From positions 7,347,785 to 7,411,784 of the forward strand of contig NC_057752.1 of assembly GCF_004010195.1 (NCBI RefSeq): a DNA stretch of 64,000 bases, read 5' to 3'. The notes beneath the pieces are model-generated. The model did not search any database, was not told the origin of the DNA, and was given only the letters and a program-made list of their open reading frames with translations. This document shows, piece by piece, positions 51,901 to 64,000 of the stretch; positions within the stretch are counted from its first letter, which is position 1, and the number at the start of each line of letters is the position of its first letter. This DNA comes from Chiloscyllium plagiosum (lineage: Eukaryota). A program made the position numbers and the translations under genes.

Positions 51901-54287
51901 GAGGCTGGAAGCCTCGGGGGTGGAGAGATAAATGGGAGAGGGTGGGGCTGGGAAGAAGGTAGCTGGGAGCGCAATAGGTGAATGGAGGTGGGGGTGAAGG
52001 TGATAAGTCGGAGAGGTGGGTGGAGCGGATAGGTGGGAAGGAAGATTGACAGGTGGGACAGGTCATGAGGATGGTGCTGAGCTGGAAGATTGGAACTGGG
52101 GTAAGGTGGGGGGAGAGGAAATGAGGAAACTGGTGAAGTCCACATTGATGCCCTGGGGTTGGAGGATTCCGAGGCGGAAGATGAGGCGTTCTTCCTCCGG
52201 CGTCGGGTGGTGAGGGAGTGGCGGTGGAGGAGGCCCAGGACCTGCATGTCCTCGGCAGAATAGGAGGGGGAGTTGAAATGTTCGGATGTGGAGGGTGTAG
52301 GGTGATGTCCCGAATGTATGTGGGGAGTTCCTGGACTGGGGGGATAAGACAGTATCGAGGTCGGTGGAGATGAGTTCGGGGAGGCAGGAGCAGGCTGAGA
52401 TGATAGGTCGGCTGGGGTAGTCAGGCTTGTGGATCTTGGGAAGGAGGTAGAATCGGGCCATGCAGGGTTCCAAAACTATGAGGTCGGAAGCTGTGATGGG
52501 AGATCCCCTGATGTGATGAAGTTGTGTATGGTCCGGGAAATTATGGTTTGGTGATGGGGGGTGAGGTCATGGCTGAGGGAGCAGTAGGAGGAGGTGTCTT
52601 TGAGTTGGCGCCTGGCTTCAGCAGTGTAGAGGTCAGTGCGCCAAACTATCACTGCATCCCTTTTGTCTGCTGGTTTGATGGTGAGATTAGGATTGGAGCA
52701 GATGGAGTGGAGAGCTCCATGTTGCGAGAGTGAGAGTTTAGAGTGGGGGAGGGGGGTAGACATGTCGGACGGTTAATGTCCAGACGACATTTGGAAATGA
52801 AGAGATCGAGGGTAGGCAATAGACTGACATGGGGTGTCCAGGTGGATGGAGTGTGTTGGAGGTGGGTGAAGGGGTCCTCAGAGGGTGGGCGGGAGTCTTG
52901 ATTGAAAAAGTAAGCTCGGAGGCGGAAGTAGTGTTCGGCAATACGACATGTATTGAATTTGTTTCTTCCTCTCCTGATGTCCCCACAAGCACCCTTCCAC
53001 TGACACACTCATTCGTTTGGCTGAACTGGTCCTCACCCTCAACAATTTCGCTTTCAAATCCTCCCACTTCCTCCAGACGAAAGGAGTAGCCGTGGGCACC
53101 TGCATGGGCCCCGGCTGTGCCTGTCTCTTTGTCGCCTATGTGGAATTGTCTGTTTTCCGTAGTTACACCGGCACAATTCTCCACCTTTTCCTCTGCTACA
53201 TTGATGACTGCATCGGCGCCATCTTGTGCTCCCAGGAGGAGGTTGAGCAGTTCATCAACTTCACCAACACATTCCATCCCGATCTTAAATTCACATGGAT
53301 CATCTCAGATACCTCCCTCCCCTTCCTAGACCTCTCCATCTCCATCAACGATGACGCCTTTAAAGACTGTAAATTGCCCTCCAAAGCATCTCATCCATGT
53401 CCTGCACCTCTGCCCTCAAACCCCACTCCTCCAACCACAATAAGGACAGACCCCCCCGGTCCTCACCTTCCACCCCACTAACCTCCACATAAACAGCATC
53501 ATCTGTGCCGACATTTCCGCATCTACAAACAGACCCCACCACCAGGAATATATTTCCCTCCCCACCCCTATCTGCTGTCCGTAAAGACCGTTCCCTCCAT
53601 GACAGCCTGGTCAGGTCCATGTCCCCCAACAACCCACCATCCCCTCCTGGCACCTTCCTCTGCTACCGCAGGAACTGCAAAACCTGCACCCACACTTCCC
53701 CCATCACCTCCATCCAAGGCTCCAAAGGAGCTTTCCACATTCATCAAGGTTTCACATGCACTTCCACAAATGTCATTCATTGCATCCGTTGCTCCCGATG
53801 CGGTCTCCTTTACATTAGGGAGACTGGACGCCTTCTCGCAGAGTGCTTCAGGGAACATCTCCGGGACACCCGCACCAATCAACTCCATCGCACCGTGGCC
53901 GAACATTTCAACTCCCCCTCCCACTCTGCCGAGGACATGCAGGTCCTGGGCCTCCTCCACCGCCACTCCCTCACCACCCAACGCCTGGAGGAAGAACGCC
54001 TCATCTTCCGCCTCGCAACCTTTCGACCCCAAGGCACCAATGTGAACTTCACCAGTTTCCTCATTTCTGCACCCCCAACCTTACCCCATTTCCGAACATC
54101 CAGATCAGCACCATCCTCATGACCTGTCCCATCTGTCCATCTTCCTTCCCACCTATCCACTCCACCCTCCCATCCGACCTATCACCTTTACCCCTTCCTC
54201 CATCCACCTATTGCACTCCCAGCTACCTTTTTCCCAGCCCCACCTCTTCCCATTTATCTCTCCACCCCCAAGGATTCCAGCCTCATC

Positions 54288-54315
54288 CTGATGAAGGACT
54301 TTTGCCCGAAACATT
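54288..54315 (+). ncRNA. Minimal hammerhead ribozyme-like motif
   Basis: CUGAUGA-A-GGAC-uuuu-GCCC-GAAAC-auu; one stem II mismatch. Confidence 0.5.
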
Positions 54316-57300
54316 TATTTTCCTGCTCCTCGGATGCTGCCTGACCTGCTGTGCTTTTCCAGCACCACTCTAATCTTGACTCTAATCTCCAGCATCTGCA
54401 GTCCTCACTTTCGCCTTTATTGGTCAGAGCATTGAGTGTAGGAGTTGGGAGGTCATGTTGTGGCTGTATGTGACACTGCTTAGGCCACTTTTAGAATATT
54501 GTGTGCAATTCTGATCTCCCTCCTGTAGGGAGGATGTTGTGAAACTTGAAAGGATTCAGAAAAGATTGACAAGGATGTTGCCAGGGTTGGAGGATTTGAA
54601 CTAGAGGGAGGGGCTGAATAGGCTCGGGCTGTTTTCCCTGGAACGTCAGAGGCTGGGGGGTGACCTTATAGAGGTTTATAAAATCATGAGGGGCACGAAT
54701 AGAGTAAATAGACAAGGTATTTTCCCTGGGGTGGGGGAGTCCAGAATTAGAGGGCATAGGTTTAGGGTGAGAGGGAAAAGATTTAAAATGGACCTAAAGG
54801 GCAACTTTTTCACACAGAGGGTGGTACGTGTATGGAATGAGCTGCCAGGGGAAGTGGTGATGGCTGGTACAATTACAACATTTAAAAGGCATCTGGATGG
54901 GTATATGAATAGGAAGGGTTTGGGTCAAGTGCTGTCAAATAGGACTAGATTAGTTTAGGATATCTGGCTGGCATGGACGAGTTGGACTGAAGGGTCTATT
55001 TCCAAGCTGTATATCTCTGACTCTCTGACTCTCAGACTTCAATAAGCTACAGAACAGTCGGATTTGGGAGTCCTTGCCCGTGACATAAAAAGCTAACACC
55101 CACTTTCAGTGGGTAATAGGGAAGGTAAACGGAATGTTGGCCTTTATTTCAAAGGGAATGGAGTGTAAAAGTAGGGAGGTTTTGTTAAAACTATGCAAGG
55201 CACTAATCAGACCACAGATGGAATACTGTGAACAGTTTTGGGCCCCTTGTCTAATGAAAAACATACTGGCATTGGAGGCAGTTCAGAGAAAGTTCACTCG
55301 GCTGATACCTGGTATGGAAGGACTGTCTGTTGAACAGACTGGGCCTGTACTCATTGAAATTCAGAAGAATGAGAGGCGATCTTCTTGAAATGACAGGGTC
55401 TATGCCCAAAGGAATAAACTCAGAATAAGGGGCTACACATCTAAGACACAGATGAGGATGTATTTCTTCTCTCAGAGGGTAGGGAATCTGTGGAATTCTT
55501 TACCACAGACAGCTGTTGAGACTGGTCTGGGTCTCTCTCAATATAATCAAGGATGAGATAGACAGATTTTTAATTAGGGAGGGAATCAAGCGTTACAGGG
55601 AAAAGGGGGAAAGTGGAGTTGAGGATTATCAAATCTGCCATGACCTCATTGAATGGTGGAGCAGACTCACTATGCTGACAGGCCGACTTCTATTCCAACA
55701 TCTTATGGTGTTATGGTGAGTGCAGCCTCTTATGACTTAAGTCCTAGGTGATGTTACCTTTATGGGTCTCACTGAAATAATACTGGTAAGCTGTTCACCC
55801 AAATGCATTGGAATACAGTCTCTCTGTATATTTCCTTGACACATCTCCCAGCGGCCTCCCATTTAATGTGTGAATCCATCCACTTAAAGCAAGGTTACGT
55901 TCTTTGCGTTCACATTTCACCGTTATATTGCGACAAGGAAGGGAATGTTTGAAATGAGTGACAGGGTTGCAGTCAGGATTTCAGATTCTTAGAGTCTTGT
56001 GGAGATTGAGACAAGAAGGAAGTTATCCCAGTACCTACAGGAGCTGACGGCAGCATTAGGGCCATACAGCTAATTAAATGGGGCTCCAAACTGGTCACTG
56101 ACTCCGAGTGGATCGAGTGACCATCTCAACTATATTGCTAATGAACTGTTAGACCAAATGTTTGCATGAGCCTCAGCCTGTTGAGTTGATTAGGAAATGT
56201 GTATTACTGGTTAGCCCCACCAAACTGGCAATCCCGATAGTAGAATGGTACAGAAAGTGAGGACCATAACAACGTTGAGAGCAGTTGGCATAGCTTGGCC
56301 CTGTTATCTAGCAGGCAGCAGGTTCAGTTGCAGGAGGTTAAAGTGATCTGCAAAAGTCTGTCTTGATGCCTGAAATGCATTACTGTTTGGTTGGATCCAG
56401 GATCTTGGCTTGTAAACCTTGTGTGCTGAGTATGGCTACCCATAAGCAACCATCTCTCAACTTCTATCTTTCAGTAGGCCCACCTGCCAATTCAGCAGGT
56501 TGTTGACACTAATGTTTACCATTTTGCATCACCTGTTCCACCATCCAAGTGAAGCATGCAATAATAGAATCCATGGTCTGTAGATAGTGTTTACTGTGAT
56601 TAAGGTGAAAAGTCTTAGAAAGAATCAAGCTAGAAATTCTCTTGGCATTTCACACAGATCCTGTGATTCGTTTGCCTACATTTGAGTGCCCCTTTAAATG
56701 CTGCTTTAGGGTCTCGGAGACCAACTGTTGGGCTTCACTGGCAAATTAGGTACAGGGTGTAACTTCTGAGATTTGGCATATTTGGGTGAAGAGGGTAAGC
56801 TTGCCCTTTAAACAATAAGCCCTGTGGAGAAAGCAAAAACTTTGCTGCAGCATTTAAAGCATTATGCTTAATGCTATAGTACTAATTTGCACCTGTTTTT
56901 AAAAACGAATTTGTATTCTGCACAGTTACACTAGATAGAGCTTTAGTTATGCATGCTGGAATCAGGTAGACTGGGAAACAGTCAATTAATTCTGAGCTTG
57001 TTTTCACTGGCTAACCCTTTCATTAGGGCTAAACATCTGACGAGGCAGAGTGATTGCTCTGTACTCACTTCTCGCACGCTTGGCTGCTGCCGGGCTTTAG
57101 GATTGGCCCACAGGAGAGTAACAAGCACCTCCATGATTGATCACCAAAGATGCTGCCAGACAGCAAAAGGGACCCACTAAGGTTTTTAAAAATGACAGAC
57201 TGACCTCAGGGGTCATAGGTCAATGATTATGTGAAAAGATGACACAGACGATAAGTCTTCAGGGTTGATTCTCACTCTTTAAATCGGGATCGGATTAAAT

Positions 57301-59724
57301 AGATTACCCCAAGGAAGTTGCCAGAAAAAATTAAACATTTTTGTACTTTCAGAACATTTCAATTTCAATAAAGGGAATTTAATATTAAATAGGTATTTAC
57401 AATTCTCTTCAACATTTCAATAAATAATTTATAAACCTGTGATTGAAGCTGTTCATTTTAAGGCAAAAATCATTGAACAGGAGGTAACATTGACATGGTT
57501 CTATTTACCCACATACACATATGTGCACAAATACAGACATACAAACTTTGCCTTTATTAATCCTCCTTTTTTCTCCCATGTCCCTATTCCTTTCCACACA
57601 CATACATCCTTCTAGTGAGCTCTGAAGGGGTCAGGCAAACAGACAGTATGCATTTTTGGTTCAACAAACCCCCTCTTTTTCCATGGCTTCTCAAATAATA
57701 AAAATGGATGGTGATGGTAAGTTACAGATCACTGAGGTTGTCCAAGATTTTGTGGCAACGTGCACTTTTGCAACTGTGTTGGATGTATGGTGCAATGTGT
57801 GTGCACCGTATATTGCCTGATCTGATAACATTGCTGGTAGGTGAACAGGAAATGTGAACATCAGTGTGTTTAAATTATAAGGACAACTAAATGTGGTTCT
57901 AAATGAAGCATTTGAAGAGGTCTTGCCTCATATTGCTGTAGGAATGCATTGCCACCTTCGATGAATGTAGAAGAAACTGGAGGGGAAAGCTGGAGTTTTA
58001 ATTTTGTGACAAGCAGATTGCCATTTTCTCTGGTGGGGTTTTGTGGAATCTAGGATGGAAAAAATGGCCTGCAGGTGACTTAACTAGGTGGGATATCAAC
58101 TTTCAATTTCCAAACAGTGAGTAGAGATGAAGAGATAAAGCCAGCAGCATGTTGAGCATTACACTGGCCTGTGGTGGATTCATACTTGTAATACATTTGC
58201 ACCCATCAATATTCGTCAATATGAAACAGTTTTCCATAAAGTCCTACCCTCAAGATAAAGTCAATGGCACATGAGAATCTTGAGGCACCTCATTCACAAT
58301 TGTTTAAAGGTGATATGCACTTTCTGGCTTTGTGCAGTTGTGTGTAACATCTTCGGATTTCCTTGTTAAACTTGATGACATAAGGGCGGGGAGCAGAGAA
58401 TGGAGGCTCAGGACTGGTAAAGGTGAGTTTAGTGGTGAGGTTTGAGGATCAAGATCAAGCAGAGGACAGAAAGTAAGGTCAGGGACATAGAGGGTTGTAA
58501 TTAGAGGAGGCTGGTGTCCTGGATGTGATGGGTGTGGTGGTGAGGACATTCACGATAATAAAATGAGGGGCCTAAAAGGCAGTGACCTGTGCTGTCCAAT
58601 CCGGTATCCATTTCAGGATTTTGGTTGACAAGTTGTTACAAGGGTTTGAGTTCACATATAACAGTTCAATTATCCCCTCCTAGATTGCTTGCAGACAATG
58701 CCCTTCACAAGTTTGAAAGGAAGGCCGAACTTAGCCTGTAAGTTCAGCCATTTACCACAGAGTGGCAAGTACAAAACTGGACACTAATATGAAGCTTCAG
58801 TAAAGAGTTAAACCAAAACAAAATATTGTTTCTTCCATTATAAAAGAAATGTCCCTAACGCCCCTGTAACCAGGGAGATTACTAATCCATTATTCATTAG
58901 AAACAACCACTTCATCCTTTTTTCCGCTGAAGACAGCATAAGTCAGCCTGCAAAGGAAATACATTGTACAGAACTGGTGGCTTTTCCAAAGTCCAGAGAT
59001 TTATCTTGCAATTGCAATATTGCCATTCAAGCGCATGGACATGTTGCTGTGTTTTAATCTGAATGAAAGATTTTAATCTCCTGTTGGACATACTTTGCAA
59101 TCACCAACATAGAAGTAGCAATTAATCACTTAATATATTTGTATGACATTTTCCCGTATGTTAAATAGTTTTTTTTCATCAAACATGAAGAATATCATAC
59201 AAATGTGCTCAGCATTTTTCAGTATTTTTCATGGGGGACGTGAGTATTGCTGGAAGGGCCTTACATTTGTTCCTCAATCCCTAATTGCCCTTGAGAAGCT
59301 ATACTACTACTACAAGCATTCATTTCTTGCTTTTGAGTTCCCTGTCCAAAGGCAGGTCTGACCCATTGTGCCACAACATCCGCCACAGGTTCTGAATCTA
59401 CCCCAGTCAGAATGGGAGTCGAACCCCAAGCTATTAGTGCTAATCTGATCTACACCAGCCATCTAACCAGTTAGGCTAGCCAACTCCTAAGGAGTCTGAT
59501 TTCTTGTGATAACATACATTTACATGGATTTTGTGGCCCGGTGATGGTAGAGGCCCCAATTTCCTTCCATTACTTTGCTGACCAGAAATCTCTCCCTGCT
59601 GTTACCATCTGTTGCAAGGATTTATAAGTTGATTCTTAATCTGTTTGACCACATTATGAACACACTTTCCTGGACCATCAATGCCTGGAGTGGGACCTCT
59701 GGTTCAGAGGCCCTACAAATCACT

Positions 59725-60135
59725 TCAAACCTGGCCTATATCCCTATAAACCCTTCCTATTCATATACCTATCCAGATGCCTTTTAAATGTTGTAATTGT
59801 ACCAGCCTGCATCACCTCCGCTGGCAGTTCATTCCATACATGTACCACTTTCTACATGAAAACATTGCCCCTTTGGTCCCTTTTAAATCTTTCCCCTCTC
59901 TCCCTAAATCCATGCCCTCCAGTTCTGGACTGCCTCACCCCAGGAAAAAGACCTTGTCTATTTACCTTATCCATGCCCCTCATGATTTTATTAACCTCTA
60001 TAAGGTCACCCCTCAGCCTCTGACACTCTAGGGAAAACAACCCCAGCCTATTCAGCCTCTTCCTATAGCTCAAACCCTCCAACCCTGGTAACATCCTTGT
60101 AAATTGTTTTGAACCCTTTCAAGTTTCACAACATC
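59725..60135 (-). mobile_element. CR1 LINE 3' fragment
   Basis: ORF 59852..60094 LPGLEGLSYRKRLNRLGLFSLE..RLRGDLIEV. Confidence 0.9.
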
Positions 60136-60349
60136 TTTTTTTTAAATCCTAATATTTATGTCCCTTGACATCTAGTATTCTGCGGTCTTGGACCCATCCT
60201 TTGACTTTACAGGAACATATTTGACCTGTACTCTTGCCTTTTCCTCCTTGAATGCTTCCCATTGCTCTGACACAATTTTATTTGCAAGAATCTGCTGTCA
60301 GGCCACTGAGGCCAAATTATCTTAGCAAAATTAGCCTTTTCCCAATTTA

Positions 60350-60747
60350 AGACCATAAGACGTAGGAGCAGAAATTGGGCCATTCAGCCCATTGAGTCTG
60401 CTCTGCCATTCAATCATGGCTGATAAGTTTCCCAATCCCATTCTCCCACGTTCTCCCCTTAACCCTTGATCCCCTTGATACTCAAGAACCTATCTTTCTC
60501 AGTCTTCAATATATTTAATGGCCTGGTCTCCACAGCCTTCTGTGGCAATGATTTCCATAGATTCACCACTATCTGGCTGAAGACGTTTCTGCTTATCTCC
60601 ATTCTAAAAGGTCTTCCCTTTACTCTAAGGCTTTGCCCTTGGGTTCTAGTCTCTCCCACCAATGGAAACATCTTTCCAACAATTACTTTGTCCAGGCCAT
60701 TCACTGTTCTGTATGTTTCAATTAGATCCCCCTCAACCTTCTAAACT
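60350..60747 (-). mobile_element. CR1 LINE 3' end
   Basis: ORF 60459..60704 ETRTQGQSLRVKG..VVNLWKSLPQ; (tcttatgg) tail. Confidence 0.88.
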
Positions 60748-61005
60748 CTATTGATTAAATACTGTTATTCCTGGTGCATCGTTATCCTTTTCCATAATTA
60801 TCTTAAATCTATCTGAGCTATGATCACTATCTCCAAAATGGCCCTCTTCTGATACGCCTTCCACCTGCCTGGGTTCATTTCCAAATATTAGATCCAGGAC
60901 TGACCCCTTCCTTGTTGGGCTTTTTATGTACTGCCTAAAATAAAATTCCTGGATGCAATTTAAGAATTTTGCTCCCTGCCTACCTCGCACACTAGAACTA
61001 TTTTC

Positions 61006-61314
61006 GGCACGGTGGCACAGTGGTTAGCACTGCTGCCTCACAGCGCCAGAGACCCGGGTTCAATTCCCAACTCAGGCGGCTGACTGTGTGGAGTTTGCAC
61101 ATTCTCCCCGTGTCTGCGTGGGTTTCCTCCAGGTGCTCCGGTTTCCTCCCACAGTCCAAAAATGTGCAGGTCAGGTGAATTGGCCATGCTAAAATTGCCT
61201 GTAGTGTTAGGTAAGGGGTAAATGTAGGGGTATGGGTGGGTTGCGCTTCGACGGGTCGGTGTGGACTTGTTGGGCCGAAGGGCCTGTTTCCACACTGTAA
61301 GTAATCTAATCTAA
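61006..61314 (+). mobile_element. HE1-type tRNA-derived SINE
   Basis: ggtggcacagtggttagc (A box), gggttcaattccc (B box), core tgtgtggagtttgcacattctccccgtgtctgcgtgggtttcctcc, CR1-like tail and (taatc)n. Confidence 0.92.
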
Positions 61315-62837
61315 TATTTGGGTATTTAAATTTCCCTCCTGTTCCTGTCTTATTATTCTTACATTTCTCTTAAATTTGATCCTCTATCTCTCCCTGACTG
61401 TTTGGAGGCCTGTAGTACCCACCCAACAGTGTGTTTACCCCTTTTGTGTTTTTTACTTCTACCCATTTAATGATCCTTCCAAGATTTTAACCTTCCTCAC
61501 TGTTATAATTGATTCCTTGGTGAGTATTGTGAGCCTCACCTCCTCTTCTAACTCTTTCTATCTCATCTGAATGCCCTATAGCCAATCCTGCTCGTCTTTC
61601 AGCTAGTTTTCAGTCTTAGCTATAATATCATACTCCCAGGTGCCTGTCTGTGTCCACAGCTCATCTGCCTTATTCCTCAGGCTCTTTACATTTATATATA
61701 TTCCATTTAACCTTGCTAAACTCACTCACTAGTGTTTTAACCCCTAATTCTGTCTCAGCCTCTCTCCACTCTGAATGTTTTTGCAGGATAACATCCCCCT
61801 GCCAATCTAGTCTAAATGCACCCAATAGGATTAGCCAAACCTTCCCATAAGAAGATGCAACTCATCCAATGTATACTGATGCTGCCTCCCCCACAAACTG
61901 TCTGAATGCCTCAGGAATTGAAAACCTTCCCTACTGCACCATCTTTCCAGTCAAATGTCCATTTGCTCTGTCCTTATATTCCTATACTGGTGTATGTTAC
62001 TAGAAGAAAGTTGGAGATTACTACCTTTGAAGTCCAGCATTTCAGCTTGCTATCAAACTTCTGAAAGTCTACTTGCAGGACTTAATTTCTGCTTCTTCCT
62101 GTGTCATTGGTCCCAACATGGATCATGCTCTCTGGCTGTTTACTCTCTCCCTTCAAAATGCGCAAAGGAGATTCCCTCACTACCTGCCTGGTCCCCTTCT
62201 TGCTACCCAGATGATAATGTCATTGGACTAGTAATCCAGAATGCCAGGCTAATGTTCTGGGGACATGGAGTCAAATCCCACCATGACCTGGTCCTCAGAT
62301 CATCTGAATAAATGGTTAAAAAATGTTATTTGAGTACTAAAGAAAGGAAAATTAATTATGTGCTGTTTTAATATTTATTATTCTTAAGTTCATTTGACTA
62401 ACAGAAGGAATCTTTCAAATGTAATTTTTTGCTGCAAAAGTGCTTCTTGATATTCACCCCATTTTTGTATCTGATCTGCGTTCAGGTCATTTTTCTGAAT
62501 TCTCTCCTGGCACAAGTCTTTCCCTGTAGGATCTAGCCCTTTGGAGTAGAGGGATAAATCAGGCATTGCTGCAGGGCTTCAGTACAAAAGAGCAGCTGAA
62601 GGCTGTTAGCCTCAAAGTTGATACATGTTACTGAAAAGAAAAATATATTTCTTCCTGGCTTACCTTGCAGCTTGTTTCTTTGCACATCCTCCAATGTGAG
62701 CAGCCACTGGATCACTGGATGCTTGGCCTAATGTCCAGCTGTCCTCAATGATGCAATCAATGGGCATGTGCCTGCCATTGTCAGTGCAAAATTGGACTTT
62801 TTAACACTTGGGATACAGACATAATTGAACAGCCATT

Positions 62838-63562
62838 AGAACATCAAACATAGAACAGTGCAGCACTGAAACAGACACTTCAGCAACCCCCCCCCCCCCC
62901 CCCTCCATGTCTACACTCCATGATGCCATTCGAAACTAATCCCATTTGTCTGTACATGGTCCATATCCCTCTATTCCCTGCGTGTTCATGTTTCTGTCTA
63001 AATGCTATCATATCTGCTTCTTCCAGGCACCTACCACCCTCTGTGTAAAAAAAACTTGCCTCTCACATCTCCTTTAAACTTTCCCCCTCTCTCCTTAAAC
63101 TTATGCCCCTTAATATTTGACATTTCCACCCTGGGAAAAAGACTCCAACTATCCATGCTATCCATGCCTCTCATAAGTTTATATACTTCTATCAGCTCAC
63201 CCCCTCAGCCTCCAAAGCCCTAGCCTAGAATAATCCAAGTTTTTCTATCCTCTCTTTATAGCTAATGCACTCTAATCCAGGAAGCATCCTGGTAAACCTC
63301 TTTTGCACCCTATCCAAAGCCTCTACATCCTTCCTATAGTGTGGCAACAGAATTGCACACAATAGTCCAAATATAGCTTAACAAAAATTTTATACAGCTG
63401 CAGCATAACTTGCCAACTTTTATACTCAATGCCCTGACTGATGAAGGCAAGCATATACCTTATCCAGTGTGTTTCCATTTTCAGGGAGCTATGGACTTGC
63501 ATCCCAAGATCTCTCTTTATATCAGTGCTCCTTAGGGTCCTGCCATTTACTGTATATTGTCC
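62838..63562 (-). mobile_element. CR1 LINE 3' fragment
   Basis: YTVNGRTLRS..RDLG, LDYCVQF motifs; CR1 tail. Confidence 0.85.
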
Positions 63563-63691
63563 ATGCCTAATTTCCTTTGATAGTGTGGTATCATCTGTCT
63601 TCTTGGAACACTGTAATCTTTGTAATGAAGGTGCTTCCACAATATTGTTAAGTTGGTAGTTCCAAAATGGTCCCAACTCATGCTTGATATC

Positions 63692-64000
63692 TTAGATTAG
63701 ATTCCCTACAGTATGGAAATAGGCCCTTTGGCCCAACTAGTCCACTCCGACACTCCAAAAAGTAACCCACCCAGATCCATCCCCCTAGCCTATATTTACC
63801 CCAACTGACACACCTATCACTACAGGCAATTTAGCACAACCAATTCACCTGACCCACACATCTTTGGATTGTGGGAGGAAGCTAGAGCACCCGGAGGAAA
63901 CCCCCACAGACACGAGGAGACTATGCAAACTCTGCACAGATAGTCACCCGAGGCGGGAATCGAACCCAGGTCCCTGACACTGTGAGGCAGCAGTGCTAAC
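63692..64000 (-). mobile_element. HE1-type SINE running to the window edge
   Basis: Matches the reverse complement of 61006-61313. Confidence 0.9.

Larger units (their letters stand above)
51484..54415 (+). mobile_element. Rearranged Penelope-like element (RT + GIY-YIG) with inverted ends and 15-bp TSD
   Basis: RT QTKGVAVGT, YIDDCI, LPFLD; GIY-YIG VIHCIRCSRCGLLYIRETGR..EH; upstream ORF parts (IKPADK, FYLLPKIHK..RPIIS) on the minus strand at 52290-52940; 51811-52280 inverted versus 53905-54373; TSD tttattggtcagagc at 51469 and 54416. Confidence 0.92.
50243..55033 (+). mobile_element. CR1 LINE B (50243-50679, 51305-51483, 54416-55033) split by a solo LTR and a PLE
   Basis: [24 protein letters not shown] motifs rejoin across the inserts; CR1 tail at ~55020. 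Confidence 0.88.
49645..55720 (+). mobile_element. CR1 LINE A (49645-50243 + 55034-55720) split by CR1 B
   Basis: RT motifs continue across the insert; agactt is duplicated at ~50237 and ~55034. Confidence 0.75.
60150..62165 (-). mobile_element. Old CR1 ORF1/endonuclease fragment split by a CR1 tail and a SINE
   Basis: PTRKGSVLDLIFGNEP..GDSDH in ORF 60748..60990; ORF1 esterase-like remnants near 62000-62120. Confidence 0.75.

Noticed and set aside
57037..57070. Hammerhead ribozyme (CTGACGA + gcagag/ctctgt stem)
   Set aside because: No GAAA after the stem, so the catalytic core is incomplete.
58283..58575. MITE with aggcacctcatt / aatgaggggcct ends
   Set aside because: Only ~12 bp of inverted match could be traced; too weak to call.
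61006..61075. tRNA gene
   Set aside because: It is the tRNA-derived head of a multi-copy SINE, continuing into the SINE core and tail.
1..64000. CRISPR array, operon or other prokaryotic system
   Set aside because: No regularly spaced repeat-spacer array or gene-dense intact ORFs; all recognisable content is vertebrate retroelement DNA.

Overview
Repeat-dominated vertebrate DNA, most likely a shark or other elasmobranch: it carries six HE1-type tRNA-derived SINE copies and abundant CR1 LINEs. No intact host protein-coding gene could be recognised; nearly all informative ORFs are decayed retroelement pieces. Contents: three Gypsy-type LTR retrotransposon remnants (one with Gmr1-like protease-then-integrase order), several solo LTRs with target-site duplications (TSDs), a near-complete CR1 (15.9-20.1 kb), a near-complete L1 (43.2-49.2 kb), and many CR1/L2 fragments and SINEs. 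Several Penelope-like elements (PLEs) carry minimal hammerhead-ribozyme cores in their terminal repeats. The most notable oddities are a histone H2B 3' fragment inserted antisense into a CR1 RT motif with no poly(A) or TSD, an old ~0.5 kb-armed inverted repeat whose arms were each split by later insertions, fold-back mini-PLEs, and two deep nested insertion stacks. I found no convincing wholly new biological system. Boundaries were read by eye and are approximate, and family names need Dfam/Repbase confirmation.
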